From positions 512,001 through 576,000 of the forward strand of contig JBFWJS010000001.1 in NCBI GenBank assembly GCA_050253075.1: 64,000 nucleotides of DNA, written 5' to 3'. This document shows, piece by piece, positions 1 through 9,941 of the stretch. A model generated the notes under the pieces. The model searched no databases. It saw only the letters and a program-made list of their open reading frames with translations, and had not been told where the DNA came from. Position 1 is the stretch's first letter; each line of letters begins with the position of its first letter. The translations under genes and the position numbers were made by a program. Source of the stretch: Deferribacterales bacterium (GTDB taxonomy: Bacteria; Chrysiogenota; Deferribacteres; Deferribacterales; Geovibrionaceae).

Positions 1-625
1 TCTTTTTCATCTTAGAGAAATAGGCTTTGCGCCCCTCTTCCCTTTTATTGACTATGAATCCCTTCTGATCTTTCGGGCAGTCACGCACTAGGTAGCCCTC
101 TTTGAGGAAAGTGTTCATCTGCTCCAGAAGATATGTGTGTATCCCCTGTGTGCCCAGTCCGAATTTCGCTCCGTTTGTGGTCACTTCCACATGTGATCGG
201 GTTATCTGTATATGTCCCTTTGTGTTCAGCTGATACTGGTTTTGATATACCTGTCCCGACGAAGCCACGCCGATGTTATACACGGCTACGCCCATGTCTG
301 TGAGACCTTTCCCCATTGCTTCTGCCAGTGCTTCGGATGTCGGGCCGTTGTCGTATCCGATGACAATGCTGTACCCCGGCTGCATGGTGAGCCTCCTGCC
401 AGTGCGGAGGATGAACTCCTGACATCCCAATATCTTTCCGATGACCTCTGCAGCTTCGGGTGTGAATACCGCATCATCGGAGAAAAAGTTACCCGGCTCG
501 CCGACATATGCTCTTATGTCGTATGACGTAGGCTTGAGAAGCTTGTCAGCGTTTTTTATAACTTTTTCGGAAGCCTCGATTTTCTTCTTAGGCTCCTGTA
601 TTTGATCTGTCGTTTGTTCAGACAT
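1..625 (-). CDS. Phosphomannomutase/phosphoglucomutase (alpha-D-phosphohexomutase) family protein, 3' end outside window
   Basis: Manual translation from ATG 625 with RBS GAGG: MSEQTT...SYDIRAYV...SIVIGYDNGPTS...IQITRSHVEVTTNGAKF. Matches the YDIRG, VVIGxD and ITASHNPxxxNGxK motifs. Open to the window edge; absent from the ORF track. Confidence 0.75.
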   Translation of the reverse strand, partial: MSEQTTDQIQEPKKKIEASEKVIKNADKLLKPTSYDIRAYVGEPGNFFSDDAVFTPEAAEVIGKILGCQEFILRTGRRLTMQPGYSIVIGYDNGPTSEALAEAMGKGLTDMGVAVYNIGVASSGQVYQNQYQLNTKGHIQITRSHVEVTTNGAKFGLGTQGIHTYLLEQMNTFLKEGYLVRDCPKDQKGFIVNKREEGRKAYFSKMKK

Positions 626-723
626 GATATACCTCTTGCGAATTTAACGTTTGCTTTCTAAAATTAAATCATAACAAGGCTTAAGGTCAAGCGTATTGAC
701 AAAAATTACATAAGAATAGGTAA

Positions 724-2685
724 ATGATCAGAATCCTAACGATAATTGTCTTCGCTCTCTTCATAATTGTTTCCGCAGGTGTGATAGTTATCACGGTGAA
801 GGGCGCAACAGACGAAACAAGAGTCCAGCAGAATATAGAAGATACAAAGGCGTCGACCCTTCTCACAGGGCGTTTCGTTGAGCATATCATCAACGAACGT
901 TTCGGCAAGCTGTACGGTGCGGCATACTCGGGAAGCGAGGAGGAAGTGCTGAAAAGCATAGTCGAATATACCGACTTTGTGGCTAATCTTTATGGACACA
1001 GGGGCGAGTTTTCTGTTGGATATATGGACTCCGGCTTTACGGTTATTAACAGTATCAACTCAGGCGAACAGCTCTGCCCGCAGGATTCGATAATAAATGA
1101 AGAGATAGCCGAGAGGCTGGTGAATGAAAAGCCGTATGTCGGCCCTGTCTCTGCCGAATGTGCGAAAGCAGCGGAAAATGATCGAGACTATGTAATATTT
1201 GCAGTGCCGATAATAAAAGACAATATATTCAAAGGGGCGGTGTATGAGATATCCACCCTCCTTGATTCAATAAACAGCTATAAGCTCCTTAATTACTTTT
1301 CTGAAAAGGTCTCCGCAAGGCTCATCATGGACGACCCCCTGCGATATAAAAGAGGGACGGAGGAGTATGAACTGCTCAGCATGAAGAACCGCACAAACCC
1401 GGGCGAGATCATCCGCAAAGATGATAAGCTCATAGGCTTTTACAGCTTTTATGTCAGCGATATAAAGCTGTGCATAGTCTATATTCGGGACGAGCCCGCA
1501 AACAGCATCGGCTTTGACTGCTGCCCCGGCCTGGTGGAGAATAAGGTCGTATTTTACTCCATACCGTTCATACTGCTGGTGCTGGTCTTGATACTGGAGA
1601 TGATACACGTGAATAAACGCCTCGCCAGAGAGGTCAGTCAGCGGACACAGCACCTCGAAGAGATGCAGGACAGATATCAGAGCCTTTTCGAGACTATCCC
1701 CGAGTATATCGTGATATACCGCAAAGACGGCGAGATCATCGAGTGCAACAGCCGCTTCACGTCTATGCTGAACGGCGGGAACCCAATAGGGGCAAATATA
1801 TTCTATATGATAAGAGAGAAGGAGCGATTCCGCCGTATGCTCTCAGAAGTGGAGGAGAGCGGTGTCTCAACCCCTGCGGAATTTCTGCTGGAGGGTGTAA
1901 GAGACCTGATATCCGTATCCATCCACTCTTGTAAGGTCGAGCTGGACGACGGCAAGGCATTCCTGTCTGTTATGACGGATATGTCCGACTATAAGCGTAT
2001 GCAGAACACCTACTACATGGCGCAGAAACGTGAGGTCGTGGGCACGATCGCCGCAGGCATGGTGCATGACTTCAGCAACATACTTCAGAACATATCTCTG
2101 CAGTATTCCCTGCTGGAACGCTCCACAGAGGAAACCAGAGAAGACTATATGAAAAAAATAGAGTCGGTGCTCAGCGGGGCGAATCAATACCTCGCCAGTG
2201 TGCTGAGCTATACAAAGGATAAAAAGAACGACCCCGTGGTGAACAAGGGCTCCGTGTATGTGAAACGGGCTCTGGAGATGGTGGAGCGTGTGCTCCCCGC
2301 CGATGTCCGTGTTGAATTCTACGACAATGCCAGCGGTATAAATATATCCGCTGATCAGGGGCGCATAACCCAGCTCCTGATAAACCTCTGTCAGAATGCA
2401 TCGGATGCTATGGACGGCAAGGGGGTTATAACTGTTAAAGTATATGTGGTAGAGAAACCCTTCGGGCATTTTTTCTGCATCAGTGTGAAAGACACGGGAT
2501 GCGGTATTCCCGAGGAAGAGAGAGAAAAGATATATAAGCCTTTTTACACCACCAAAAAGGATAAGGGGACGGGGCTGGGACTCGCAAATGTCAGACAGAT
2601 CGTCATGGAGATGGGCGGTATGATAGATGTGGAGAGCTCTCCCGAGGGTACTGAGTTTACATTAATGTTTTCGGAGTCAAAATGA
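724..2685 (+). CDS. Membrane sensor histidine kinase with PAS domain
   Basis: Two TM segments, PAS, H-box HDFSNIL, N-box NLCQNA, DTGCG, FYTTK, GTGLGL. Confidence 0.9.
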   Translation: MIRILTIIVFALFIIVSAGVIVITVKGATDETRVQQNIEDTKASTLLTGRFVEHIINERFGKLYGAAYSGSEEEVLKSIVEYTDFVANLYGHRGEFSVGYMDSGFTVINSINSGEQLCPQDSIINEEIAERLVNEKPYVGPVSAECAKAAENDRDYVIFAVPIIKDNIFKGAVYEISTLLDSINSYKLLNYFSEKVSARLIMDDPLRYKRGTEEYELLSMKNRTNPGEIIRKDDKLIGFYSFYVSDIKLCIVYIRDEPANSIGFDCCPGLVENKVVFYSIPFILLVLVLILEMIHVNKRLAREVSQRTQHLEEMQDRYQSLFETIPEYIVIYRKDGEIIECNSRFTSMLNGGNPIGANIFYMIREKERFRRMLSEVEESGVSTPAEFLLEGVRDLISVSIHSCKVELDDGKAFLSVMTDMSDYKRMQNTYYMAQKREVVGTIAAGMVHDFSNILQNISLQYSLLERSTEETREDYMKKIESVLSGANQYLASVLSYTKDKKNDPVVNKGSVYVKRALEMVERVLPADVRVEFYDNASGINISADQGRITQLLINLCQNASDAMDGKGVITVKVYVVEKPFGHFFCISVKDTGCGIPEEEREKIYKPFYTTKKDKGTGLGLANVRQIVMEMGGMIDVESSPEGTEFTLMFSESK

Positions 2686-5558
2686 ACAGCAGGGAAGATA
2701 CGGTCTTAATCAAAGCAAAAGAACAGGGGCTGGAAAATGCTCAGGCGGAAGCACTGGCTATGGTCGCCAGACATTCCGAATTTATCGGTGCGTGGCTTGC
2801 GAACAACGAGTCTGCCATGCCGTCTGCAGCGGCGAAGTTCTGCTCGGAGAGAACAAGGGATGTCATACTGGACGATATATTGTCTGAGGATATATACGCC
2901 ATGTCTCCCGATGATTTCACCCAATACATGCGCCGTTTCAAAATGGCGGAATACACACACATCGCCGCATCAGACCTGTATTATAAAAAGAGCGTTGAGG
3001 ACGTCACCGCTCATATATCCGCCTTTGCATCTGCATCGGTACAGGCAGCCTATCTCTACAGCGAATCAGAGCTGCAGAAGGAATACGGAGACCCCATAGA
3101 CGAAGACGGCAAAAGGGTCGGCTTCTGCGTTATCGGTCTGGGCAAGCTGGGCGGATGGGAGCTCAACTTCAGCTCCGACATAGACGTCATATACGTATAC
3201 GGCACGGACAAAGGGCAGACATCGGGTGATAAACCGATAGAACTCCACGTTTACTTTGTGAAACTGTCCGAAAAGATAACGAAATACATAGGTGAGCGAA
3301 CCCACGACGGAATAGTCTTTCGTGTGGACCTGCGCCTGAGACCCGACGGAGACAGGGGCGCACTCTGCCTCCCCGTGAACAGCTACGAGCTGTACTATGA
3401 ATCCCACGGACAGAGCTGGGAGCGCATGATGCTCTTAAAAGCACGCACCATAGCAGGGGACGAATCCGTCGGAAACGACTTCATCGCAAGGGTGAAACCG
3501 TTCGTTTTCCGCCGAAGCCTCGACTATAAGCTCCTCTCTGAGCTGCAGGATGTTAAGAGAAAGATAAACAAGAGAGTAGAGCTGAAAGGGAAGAATATAA
3601 AGCATGTGAAGCTCGGCTATGGCGGCATTCGGGAGATAGAATTCATAGTGCAGACATTCCAGATACTGCACTTTCCTAAACACCCGGAGACATTCGACAG
3701 AAACACTCTGAAAGGGATAGATATGCTGAGGGAATGCGGGATAATGGATAAGGAGACGGCTGTGCTGCTGTCGAAGAGATACAGATTCCTGCGGAAGCTC
3801 GAGCATATGGTACAGATAGAGAACGAACGCCAGACGCATATAGTCCCCGAGGGCTCGGCTACATTTGACCTTTACCTCGAGAGGTGCGGATTTGAGAGCG
3901 ATACGGATTTCCAGTTTGCATATGCCGAAGCAACAAGGCAGGTGAACACGGAATTTGCGAAACTCTTCAGCGATGATAATACGAAGGAAGACAGCATAAT
4001 GGCTATCTTCGACCCTGAGCTGACAGACGAGGACGCCGCACAGATTCTCCGCCAGATAGGGATAAAAGATCCCATCGACAGTGTGAAATCCGTCCGCAGA
4101 ATAGTAGACGGCAACAAAGGCAGACCGAGGCTGAAAGGGGACAGGAGCATCCTGAAAGTGCTGATGCCCGTCATCCTGCGTGAGCTGAAAGACAGGGACG
4201 ATGCTTACCAGATACTGATAAATTTCGAACGTCTTCTTGTGAAGGCATCGACGATATACATGCTCCACGACATTTTTATATCCGCTCCGAAGATACTGAG
4301 CAGGCTCATCAATGTTTTCTCTTACAGTTCGTATCTGACGAACATGATACTCTCGCACATCGACCTGCTGGACTACGTGTACGACCCGAAGGATATGGAC
4401 TATAAAGCATCCGAGGTCTCCGCTGACCTCTGGGAGAGGACGGAGAAATACAGGGGCGACACGGAGCTCGAGCTCGAGGCCTCCCGCATACGCCACAGGT
4501 CATACATATTCAACATCGGCTATGCCTATCTGAATAAGAATATAAACGTCATCGACATGATGCGCAGCCTGACAGAGCTAGCCAGAGGTACGGTGGACTA
4601 TGCTTTCCGCACAGTTTACGAAGAACTGGTGGAGCGGTACGGCACGCCTAGGAACGAAGACGGCACGATCTGCCGATATCTGCTGATAGGCATGGGAAAG
4701 GTCGGCAGTATAGAGATGAGCTACGGCTCGGATATAGACATGGTTTTCATCTTCGAGCAGAAGGGCGTCACCGACGGAGAGAAATCCATTACAAACATGG
4801 AGTTCTTCTCAAAGCTGGTGCAGAGGGGGAATTCATTCCTGAACACATTTACCAGAAACGGATTTTTATACAAGACAGACATGCGTCTCCGCCCGAGCGG
4901 TTCCAGCGGGACACTGGTCGTCACCCTGAAAGGATTCGAGGAATATCAGCAGAAATCTGCAATGATATGGGAAAAGCAGGCTCTGCTCCGCTCCAGCGTG
5001 ATAAATGTGGACTCGCCTCTGAAAGATGCCTTTGACCTGCTGAAACAGAACGCACTCTTCACCTGTAAGCTCGATGATGCGGGCGTGCAGGAGGTCTATG
5101 ACATGCGTATGCGCATTGAGAACGAGAAGGGGCTCCCCTATGAAAAGAACAATATAAAAGCGGGCTACGGCGGTCTGCTGGACATAGAATTCATAGCACA
5201 GATGCTCCAGCTTAAGTATGGATGCAGACATGCATCATTCAGATATCCGAACACCCACGACGCTCTCCATGCTTTCAAGCGTGAGGGGCTGATAAAAGAC
5301 AGGGATTTCAACTCTCTGCATAAAGGCTATCTCTTTTTCCGCCATCTGGAGAATCTGGTGCGGATATACGAAAACTCAGACACATCTATCCTCCCGAACA
5401 GCGAGGAACTGCGTGGAAAGATAGCGAACTTTTACGGGTTCAAGACTGACGGCGCAAAGGCTCTGATGGATGAATATCAGAACATCAGGCGTGGCGTGCG
5501 TGCTGCTTTTAACCGCATATTCGAAAGGATGAGCAATGAAGATCATGCTGGTGCTTGA
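2682..5558 (+). CDS. glnE: Bifunctional glutamine synthetase adenylyltransferase/deadenylylase
   Basis: Two nucleotidyltransferase domains: GKLGGWELNFSSDID...DLRLRPDG and GKVGSIEMSYGSDID...DMRLRPSG; also GGIREIEF. Confidence 0.95.
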   Translation: MNSREDTVLIKAKEQGLENAQAEALAMVARHSEFIGAWLANNESAMPSAAAKFCSERTRDVILDDILSEDIYAMSPDDFTQYMRRFKMAEYTHIAASDLYYKKSVEDVTAHISAFASASVQAAYLYSESELQKEYGDPIDEDGKRVGFCVIGLGKLGGWELNFSSDIDVIYVYGTDKGQTSGDKPIELHVYFVKLSEKITKYIGERTHDGIVFRVDLRLRPDGDRGALCLPVNSYELYYESHGQSWERMMLLKARTIAGDESVGNDFIARVKPFVFRRSLDYKLLSELQDVKRKINKRVELKGKNIKHVKLGYGGIREIEFIVQTFQILHFPKHPETFDRNTLKGIDMLRECGIMDKETAVLLSKRYRFLRKLEHMVQIENERQTHIVPEGSATFDLYLERCGFESDTDFQFAYAEATRQVNTEFAKLFSDDNTKEDSIMAIFDPELTDEDAAQILRQIGIKDPIDSVKSVRRIVDGNKGRPRLKGDRSILKVLMPVILRELKDRDDAYQILINFERLLVKASTIYMLHDIFISAPKILSRLINVFSYSSYLTNMILSHIDLLDYVYDPKDMDYKASEVSADLWERTEKYRGDTELELEASRIRHRSYIFNIGYAYLNKNINVIDMMRSLTELARGTVDYAFRTVYEELVERYGTPRNEDGTICRYLLIGMGKVGSIEMSYGSDIDMVFIFEQKGVTDGEKSITNMEFFSKLVQRGNSFLNTFTRNGFLYKTDMRLRPSGSSGTLVVTLKGFEEYQQKSAMIWEKQALLRSSVINVDSPLKDAFDLLKQNALFTCKLDDAGVQEVYDMRMRIENEKGLPYEKNNIKAGYGGLLDIEFIAQMLQLKYGCRHASFRYPNTHDALHAFKREGLIKDRDFNSLHKGYLFFRHLENLVRIYENSDTSILPNSEELRGKIANFYGFKTDGAKALMDEYQNIRRGVRAAFNRIFERMSNEDHAGA

Positions 5559-6078
5559 TCACCGGACGTTTGGTGACAGGTGCTTAGATATAGCACAGAA
5601 GTGTGCGCCATATGCGGATATCATCTGGTTCCGCATAAAGGATAAGGCTATTGTAAGGCGTGAGGCGGAGAAGCTGAGAAGGGCTCTCCCCGACAGTTTT
5701 TTATCTCTCTCCCTCGATGCGGATACAGCGTATGAGCTTGGTTATCAGGCCGTACAGCTGGGCGCAGATAGCGACATCTCAGGCATCAGGGCAAAATATC
5801 CTGACCTTAAGATAGGCTATTCCGCACACGGCACGGACGAGATAATCAGTAAAGATGCCGACTATTACACCCTCAGCCCCGTGTTCCACACGGTAAAGGA
5901 CTATGAGGTGAAACCCCTCGGTGCATTAGATGTTTCCCATCTGGGTAAAGAGATATTCGCTCTCGGCGGTATCGGCACGGATAACATAGGCGAGATAAAA
6001 AATAAAGGATATGCAGGGGTCGCCGGCATATCCTTTTATGAAAAGATCAAAGAGCTGAATTCAATGATTCATTCTTAA
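5536..6078 (+). CDS. Thiamine phosphate synthase/TenI family protein
   Basis: IGYSAH, ADY..LSPVFHT, IFALGGI, GVAGIS motifs; short (180 aa). Confidence 0.75.
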   Translation: MKIMLVLDHRTFGDRCLDIAQKCAPYADIIWFRIKDKAIVRREAEKLRRALPDSFLSLSLDADTAYELGYQAVQLGADSDISGIRAKYPDLKIGYSAHGTDEIISKDADYYTLSPVFHTVKDYEVKPLGALDVSHLGKEIFALGGIGTDNIGEIKNKGYAGVAGISFYEKIKELNSMIHS

Positions 6079-6081
6079 TGC

Positions 6082-6121
6082 GTCATTGCGAGGAGGGCAC
6101 TTTAGCCCGACGCGGCAATCT
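6082..6121. repeat. Palindromic intergenic repeat (GTCATTGCGAG family), left half only
   Basis: GTCATTGCGAGGAG-GGC..GCC-CGACGCGGCAATCT; related to the copies at 17726, 42518 and 45767. Confidence 0.8.
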
Positions 6122-6140
6122 TCCACGTTTGTAATTTGTA

Positions 6141-7808
6141 CTATTTCTTTCTAACGTCTACAAAGTGGGTGTAATACACCAGACCTGTTTCAGAGTCCGT
6201 CAGTTTATGCTTTATGGCGTTGTTGGAGTAGCCCTCTTTCATCGGGATGTTTTTCCAGCACATTATGCACTTTTCCACTATGCCGTCGGTGACAAGAGCC
6301 TCTGTGGTGAATTCGCCCGCTTCGCCTGTCACGACAACATCGTCCCCTGTCTTCACGCCGATGCGCTTTGCGTCTGCGGGGTTCATATATGCCACCTGAA
6401 GCCCCTTTTCCATGCCGGGCAGTATCTGAGAGTTCAGATAAGCGTGATGGGATGAGGTGATGAGCTGTATCTTGTCGCTAACATCGGGCATCGTCAGGCT
6501 GAGTGTCTCTGTCTGATAATTTCTGGTTTGTTCGGGCTTTCGTGTAACGTCCTTTTCTTCCATTATTTTCAGCTTTATGCCCATTTTATCCGCCAGCTTA
6601 ACTGCTGCCTCGGAGTCGGACATGTCGCTCACCAGCTTTTCCCTTGTGTAGTAATGGGGGAAGAAGTAGCTCCCCATGAAGTCCTTCTGGCTGAACATGC
6701 CGCCCACTTTGACAAAGAGGTCTGCGTGTGCGGATGTTTCCGTATGGTTGGTGTCTATGACTATGCACTTCGTGCGGGAGAGCCCCTTTGTCCACAGGTT
6801 AGTATCGGGGAATGTCATGGCAGGGTTCGTCGCTGTGTTTATATACAGGTCGAATTCGCCGTCTGCGAGCACCTGTGCCACATTATCCACATGTACATAT
6901 CCGCAGAACTCAGCAGAAGGCTTTGTCCATCTTCTCTTTGAACTCTGACCGTGGAAGAGCAGATCCTGACAGTCGGTCTTAACGGCGAGCCGCTGTATCC
7001 ACTGATAGGCGTTCATGCCGTTTGTGTGTCTCTGTATGCCGAATCCCTGAATGTGAGCGCACTTCTCATTTCTGATGCAGTCCACCAGCATATCGAAATC
7101 AGCTTTGGACACTCCTGTCTGAGATATGAGCTCCGCAGGGTCGTAGCCTGATTCCAGCCCCAGTTCGCAGAGTATGGCGCATGCGAGCATACCGTCACAG
7201 CATGGTTTGATAGGTATGTATATGTCTGCCAGTTCGGCAGTTTTTGTCTTTACAGGGTCCAGGTAGATTATCTTCTTACCTTTCTTTTTCAGCTCCTTCA
7301 TATAAGCGTAAAAGTGCTGAGAGCAGACTGCGGCATTCTTTCCGTAGACGATTAGCGTGTCTGCCTTTTCAAGGTTTGTCACAGGCGGGTTGATGCACTC
7401 GCCGAAGTCTTTTTCGTGTGCGTCGGAGCCTGTGTTGTCGCAGGGGCCTCCCGTCACGCCATAGCAGTTCGGCAGATTCGCAAATGCGAGATCCCAGAAC
7501 ATCATATTATACGCAAGGCTGCCTGAGCCCCGCATGTAGAGTATCTTTTTATCTTTGTGCTGCAGAAGTGTCTGATACAGTTCTTCTACGGCCTCGTCGT
7601 CGGACAGCTCAATTTTCACCCCGTCTGTCACTTTATACGACTTGATACCGTTGTTGATCTCTCTCTCTGCAAACACTTTAAACTTAGAACAGACGAAGCC
7701 CGTCTTTGACCAATCCTCGGCAATGCCGGAAAATTTGTATGCCCCGTCAATAAGCTCTGCTTTAACACCGCAGAGGTCGGGACAGTCTTTGCTGCAAAAT
7801 AAATTCAT
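6141..7808 (-). CDS. Molybdopterin-dependent oxidoreductase (compact, no signal peptide)
   Basis: N-terminal CSKDCPDLC...C Fe-S motif, ETSAHADL, C-terminal MNPADAKRIGVKTGD dinucleotide-binding domain. Confidence 0.85.
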   Translation of the reverse strand: MNLFCSKDCPDLCGVKAELIDGAYKFSGIAEDWSKTGFVCSKFKVFAEREINNGIKSYKVTDGVKIELSDDEAVEELYQTLLQHKDKKILYMRGSGSLAYNMMFWDLAFANLPNCYGVTGGPCDNTGSDAHEKDFGECINPPVTNLEKADTLIVYGKNAAVCSQHFYAYMKELKKKGKKIIYLDPVKTKTAELADIYIPIKPCCDGMLACAILCELGLESGYDPAELISQTGVSKADFDMLVDCIRNEKCAHIQGFGIQRHTNGMNAYQWIQRLAVKTDCQDLLFHGQSSKRRWTKPSAEFCGYVHVDNVAQVLADGEFDLYINTATNPAMTFPDTNLWTKGLSRTKCIVIDTNHTETSAHADLFVKVGGMFSQKDFMGSYFFPHYYTREKLVSDMSDSEAAVKLADKMGIKLKIMEEKDVTRKPEQTRNYQTETLSLTMPDVSDKIQLITSSHHAYLNSQILPGMEKGLQVAYMNPADAKRIGVKTGDDVVVTGEAGEFTTEALVTDGIVEKCIMCWKNIPMKEGYSNNAIKHKLTDSETGLVYYTHFVDVRKK

Positions 7809-7898
7809 AAGGTGATTATCCTCCGACAGATAATAAAATCAATGATTTTTGTATGTAAAATGTGTAAAGTAGTTCTAGTTAATCGGAGGTAGATAATC

Positions 7899-8387
7899 AT
7901 GGCATCATTCGACGTTGTAAATGAACTGGACCTTCAGGAACTCGACAACGCTGTTAACCTTGTGCGTAAAGAGGCAGACAGCAGATACGATTTCAAAGGG
8001 ACTGATACAGAGATAGAGCTGAATAAAAAGGATAAGATCGTCAAAGTGGTCACAGGCGACGACATGAAAGTGCAGGCCATCAAAGAGATGATGATAAAGC
8101 ACGCCGTAAAGCGCGGCATCGACGGCAGAGTGTTTGAGTTCACCGAGCCGGAGAACACTTCAAAAGGAGCCCGTAAATTTGAAATAAAAGCTATCGAAGG
8201 GCTTGGTAAAGACAACGCTAAAAAGATAGTGAAGATGATAAAAGACCTTAAGCTCAAAGTGAACGCTTCCATCATGGACGACAGAGTCAGGGTCGAAGGT
8301 AAAAAGATCGATGAACTGCAGAGTGTCATACAGATGCTGAAAGCATCCGATATGGATGTTCCGCTCCAGTTTGTAAACATGAAATAG
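7899..8387 (+). CDS. yajQ: YajQ family nucleotide/c-di-GMP-binding protein
   Basis: MASFDVV...ELDNAV...RYDFKG...RVEGKKIDELQ...PLQFVN; RBS GGAGG. Confidence 0.95.
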   Translation: MASFDVVNELDLQELDNAVNLVRKEADSRYDFKGTDTEIELNKKDKIVKVVTGDDMKVQAIKEMMIKHAVKRGIDGRVFEFTEPENTSKGARKFEIKAIEGLGKDNAKKIVKMIKDLKLKVNASIMDDRVRVEGKKIDELQSVIQMLKASDMDVPLQFVNMK

Positions 8388-8442
8388 TAATTTAAACAAA
8401 TTACCAGTATTTACATTATATTTCAAATAAGTCTCTGATATT

Positions 8443-8479
8443 AAAGTCATACTAATTTTATAATTATTAGTATGACTTT
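8443..8479. promoter_or_regulatory. Perfect 14-bp inverted repeat with 9-bp spacer upstream of the fic gene
   Basis: AAAGTCATACTAAT-N9-ATTAGTATGACTTT. The right arm overlaps the -35 position of an extended -10 TGTTATAAT (8491-8499). Confidence 0.75.
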
Positions 8480-8524
8480 TTCTTTTTACCTGTTATAATA
8501 ATTAAAATAGCAATTGAGGATTAA

Positions 8525-9868
8525 GTGAAAATACCTTTAACGCCTCCTGTTTGCACTGAGATTATGACCTCAGAGTTTTTTAATAAAATGATGAAGTCAG
8601 GGGTGAATGTCACAGATGCAAAGGGCAGATATTTACACTGGGATAAAATGAGACATGCCGTACCTCCTGAGGGTTTTTCACCTGAAGAATATTGGTGTGC
8701 AGTAAAATTCTTGCGTAGCCTGAGAGAGGTCAAACTTCCTATTCTTAGTAAAGAGCATGCAAACTTTGGGTATGTGAATATTGATTATATCTCAAGAGAG
8801 CTCCATTGGCTTGATCAGCACTCTTCCGGCATAATTGAAGGGCCGGAAATATTTAAAAACAAGCGCAGTAAGAAGAAGTTTCTGGTTGGGACATTAATAG
8901 AGGAAGCATTCAGGTCGAGCCAGCTTGAGGGAGCATCAACCACAAGGAGTCGGGCAAAAGAAATGATCCTGCGTAAACAGGAACCTGAAACTATTAGTGA
9001 CAGAATGGTTTATAACAACTATTCGGCAATGGAGTATATAAAAGATATAAAAGACGAACCGCTATCTCTAAACCTCATGAAGGAGATACATAGTGTCATA
9101 ACAGACGGAACGCTTGAGAATAAAGCGTATGAGGGAGCTTTTAGAGACCATAATGACATACGTGTCGAAGATAAGAATGACCACACGGTTCTTCACACAC
9201 CTCCTAGCTATCATCTTTTAGAAGAACGTCTGGGTGCAGTATGTGATTTTATAAACCATGATGACACAGATAAGTTTGTTCATCCGGTACTTAAAGCGAT
9301 TATTCTGCATTTTATGATAGGGTATGAACATCCTTTTGAAGATGGTAACGGGCGTACTGCAAGAGCTCTGTTTTATTGGTTTTGCATGAAGCACGGGTAT
9401 TGGCTAATGGAGTTCTTGTCTATATCAGGTGTAATAAAAGAAGCTCCGATAGCATACTCAAAGGCATATCTGTATACCGAAAACGACGGTAATGATCTGA
9501 CTTATTTTATATTGCATCAAATCAGCGTTGTCAGAAAGGCAATTGAGAATATGATGTCGTATATAAAGAGCAAATCTGAGGAATCGGGTGAGCTCGAGGA
9601 AATGCTCGTCGAAAATAACATACGGCATCATTTCAACAGCAGGCAGCTGGCTCTGCTTCGTCATATGTTTCAGAATAGCGACTATAATTATTCAATATAC
9701 GAACACCAGAGCTACCATAATATTACATACCAGACAGCCAGAAGCGACCTGTTAAAGCTGAGTGATGAGCTCAAGCTCCTCAGAAAGGTTAAGCTAGATA
9801 GCAAAACCTATATTTTCATCCCATATAAAGATCTGAAAGATAGGCTTCAAAATTTAAATAAACAGTAA
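8525..9868 (+). CDS. Fic family protein (class II-like) with C-terminal HTH
   Basis: HPFEDGNGRTAR catalytic motif, SSQLEG inhibitory-helix motif, C-terminal ITYQTARSDLLKL wHTH-like segment; AT-richer than its neighbours. Confidence 0.93.
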   Translation: MKIPLTPPVCTEIMTSEFFNKMMKSGVNVTDAKGRYLHWDKMRHAVPPEGFSPEEYWCAVKFLRSLREVKLPILSKEHANFGYVNIDYISRELHWLDQHSSGIIEGPEIFKNKRSKKKFLVGTLIEEAFRSSQLEGASTTRSRAKEMILRKQEPETISDRMVYNNYSAMEYIKDIKDEPLSLNLMKEIHSVITDGTLENKAYEGAFRDHNDIRVEDKNDHTVLHTPPSYHLLEERLGAVCDFINHDDTDKFVHPVLKAIILHFMIGYEHPFEDGNGRTARALFYWFCMKHGYWLMEFLSISGVIKEAPIAYSKAYLYTENDGNDLTYFILHQISVVRKAIENMMSYIKSKSEESGELEEMLVENNIRHHFNSRQLALLRHMFQNSDYNYSIYEHQSYHNITYQTARSDLLKLSDELKLLRKVKLDSKTYIFIPYKDLKDRLQNLNKQ

Positions 9869-9904
9869 TCACCTGATGTTGTTTCGGTGTAACTATCTTA
9901 TAAA

Positions 9905-9941
9905 TAAGTCGTACTAATTTTAATCGTATTAGTATGAGTTA
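9905..9941. repeat. Second, degenerate copy of the fic-flanking palindrome
   Basis: TAAGTCGTACTAAT-N9-ATTAGTATGAGTTA; same arms and spacer length as 8443-8479. Confidence 0.8.

Noticed and set aside
212..526. Plus-strand 104-aa ORF
   Set aside because: It is antisense to the phosphohexomutase gene that the track missed because that gene runs off the window.
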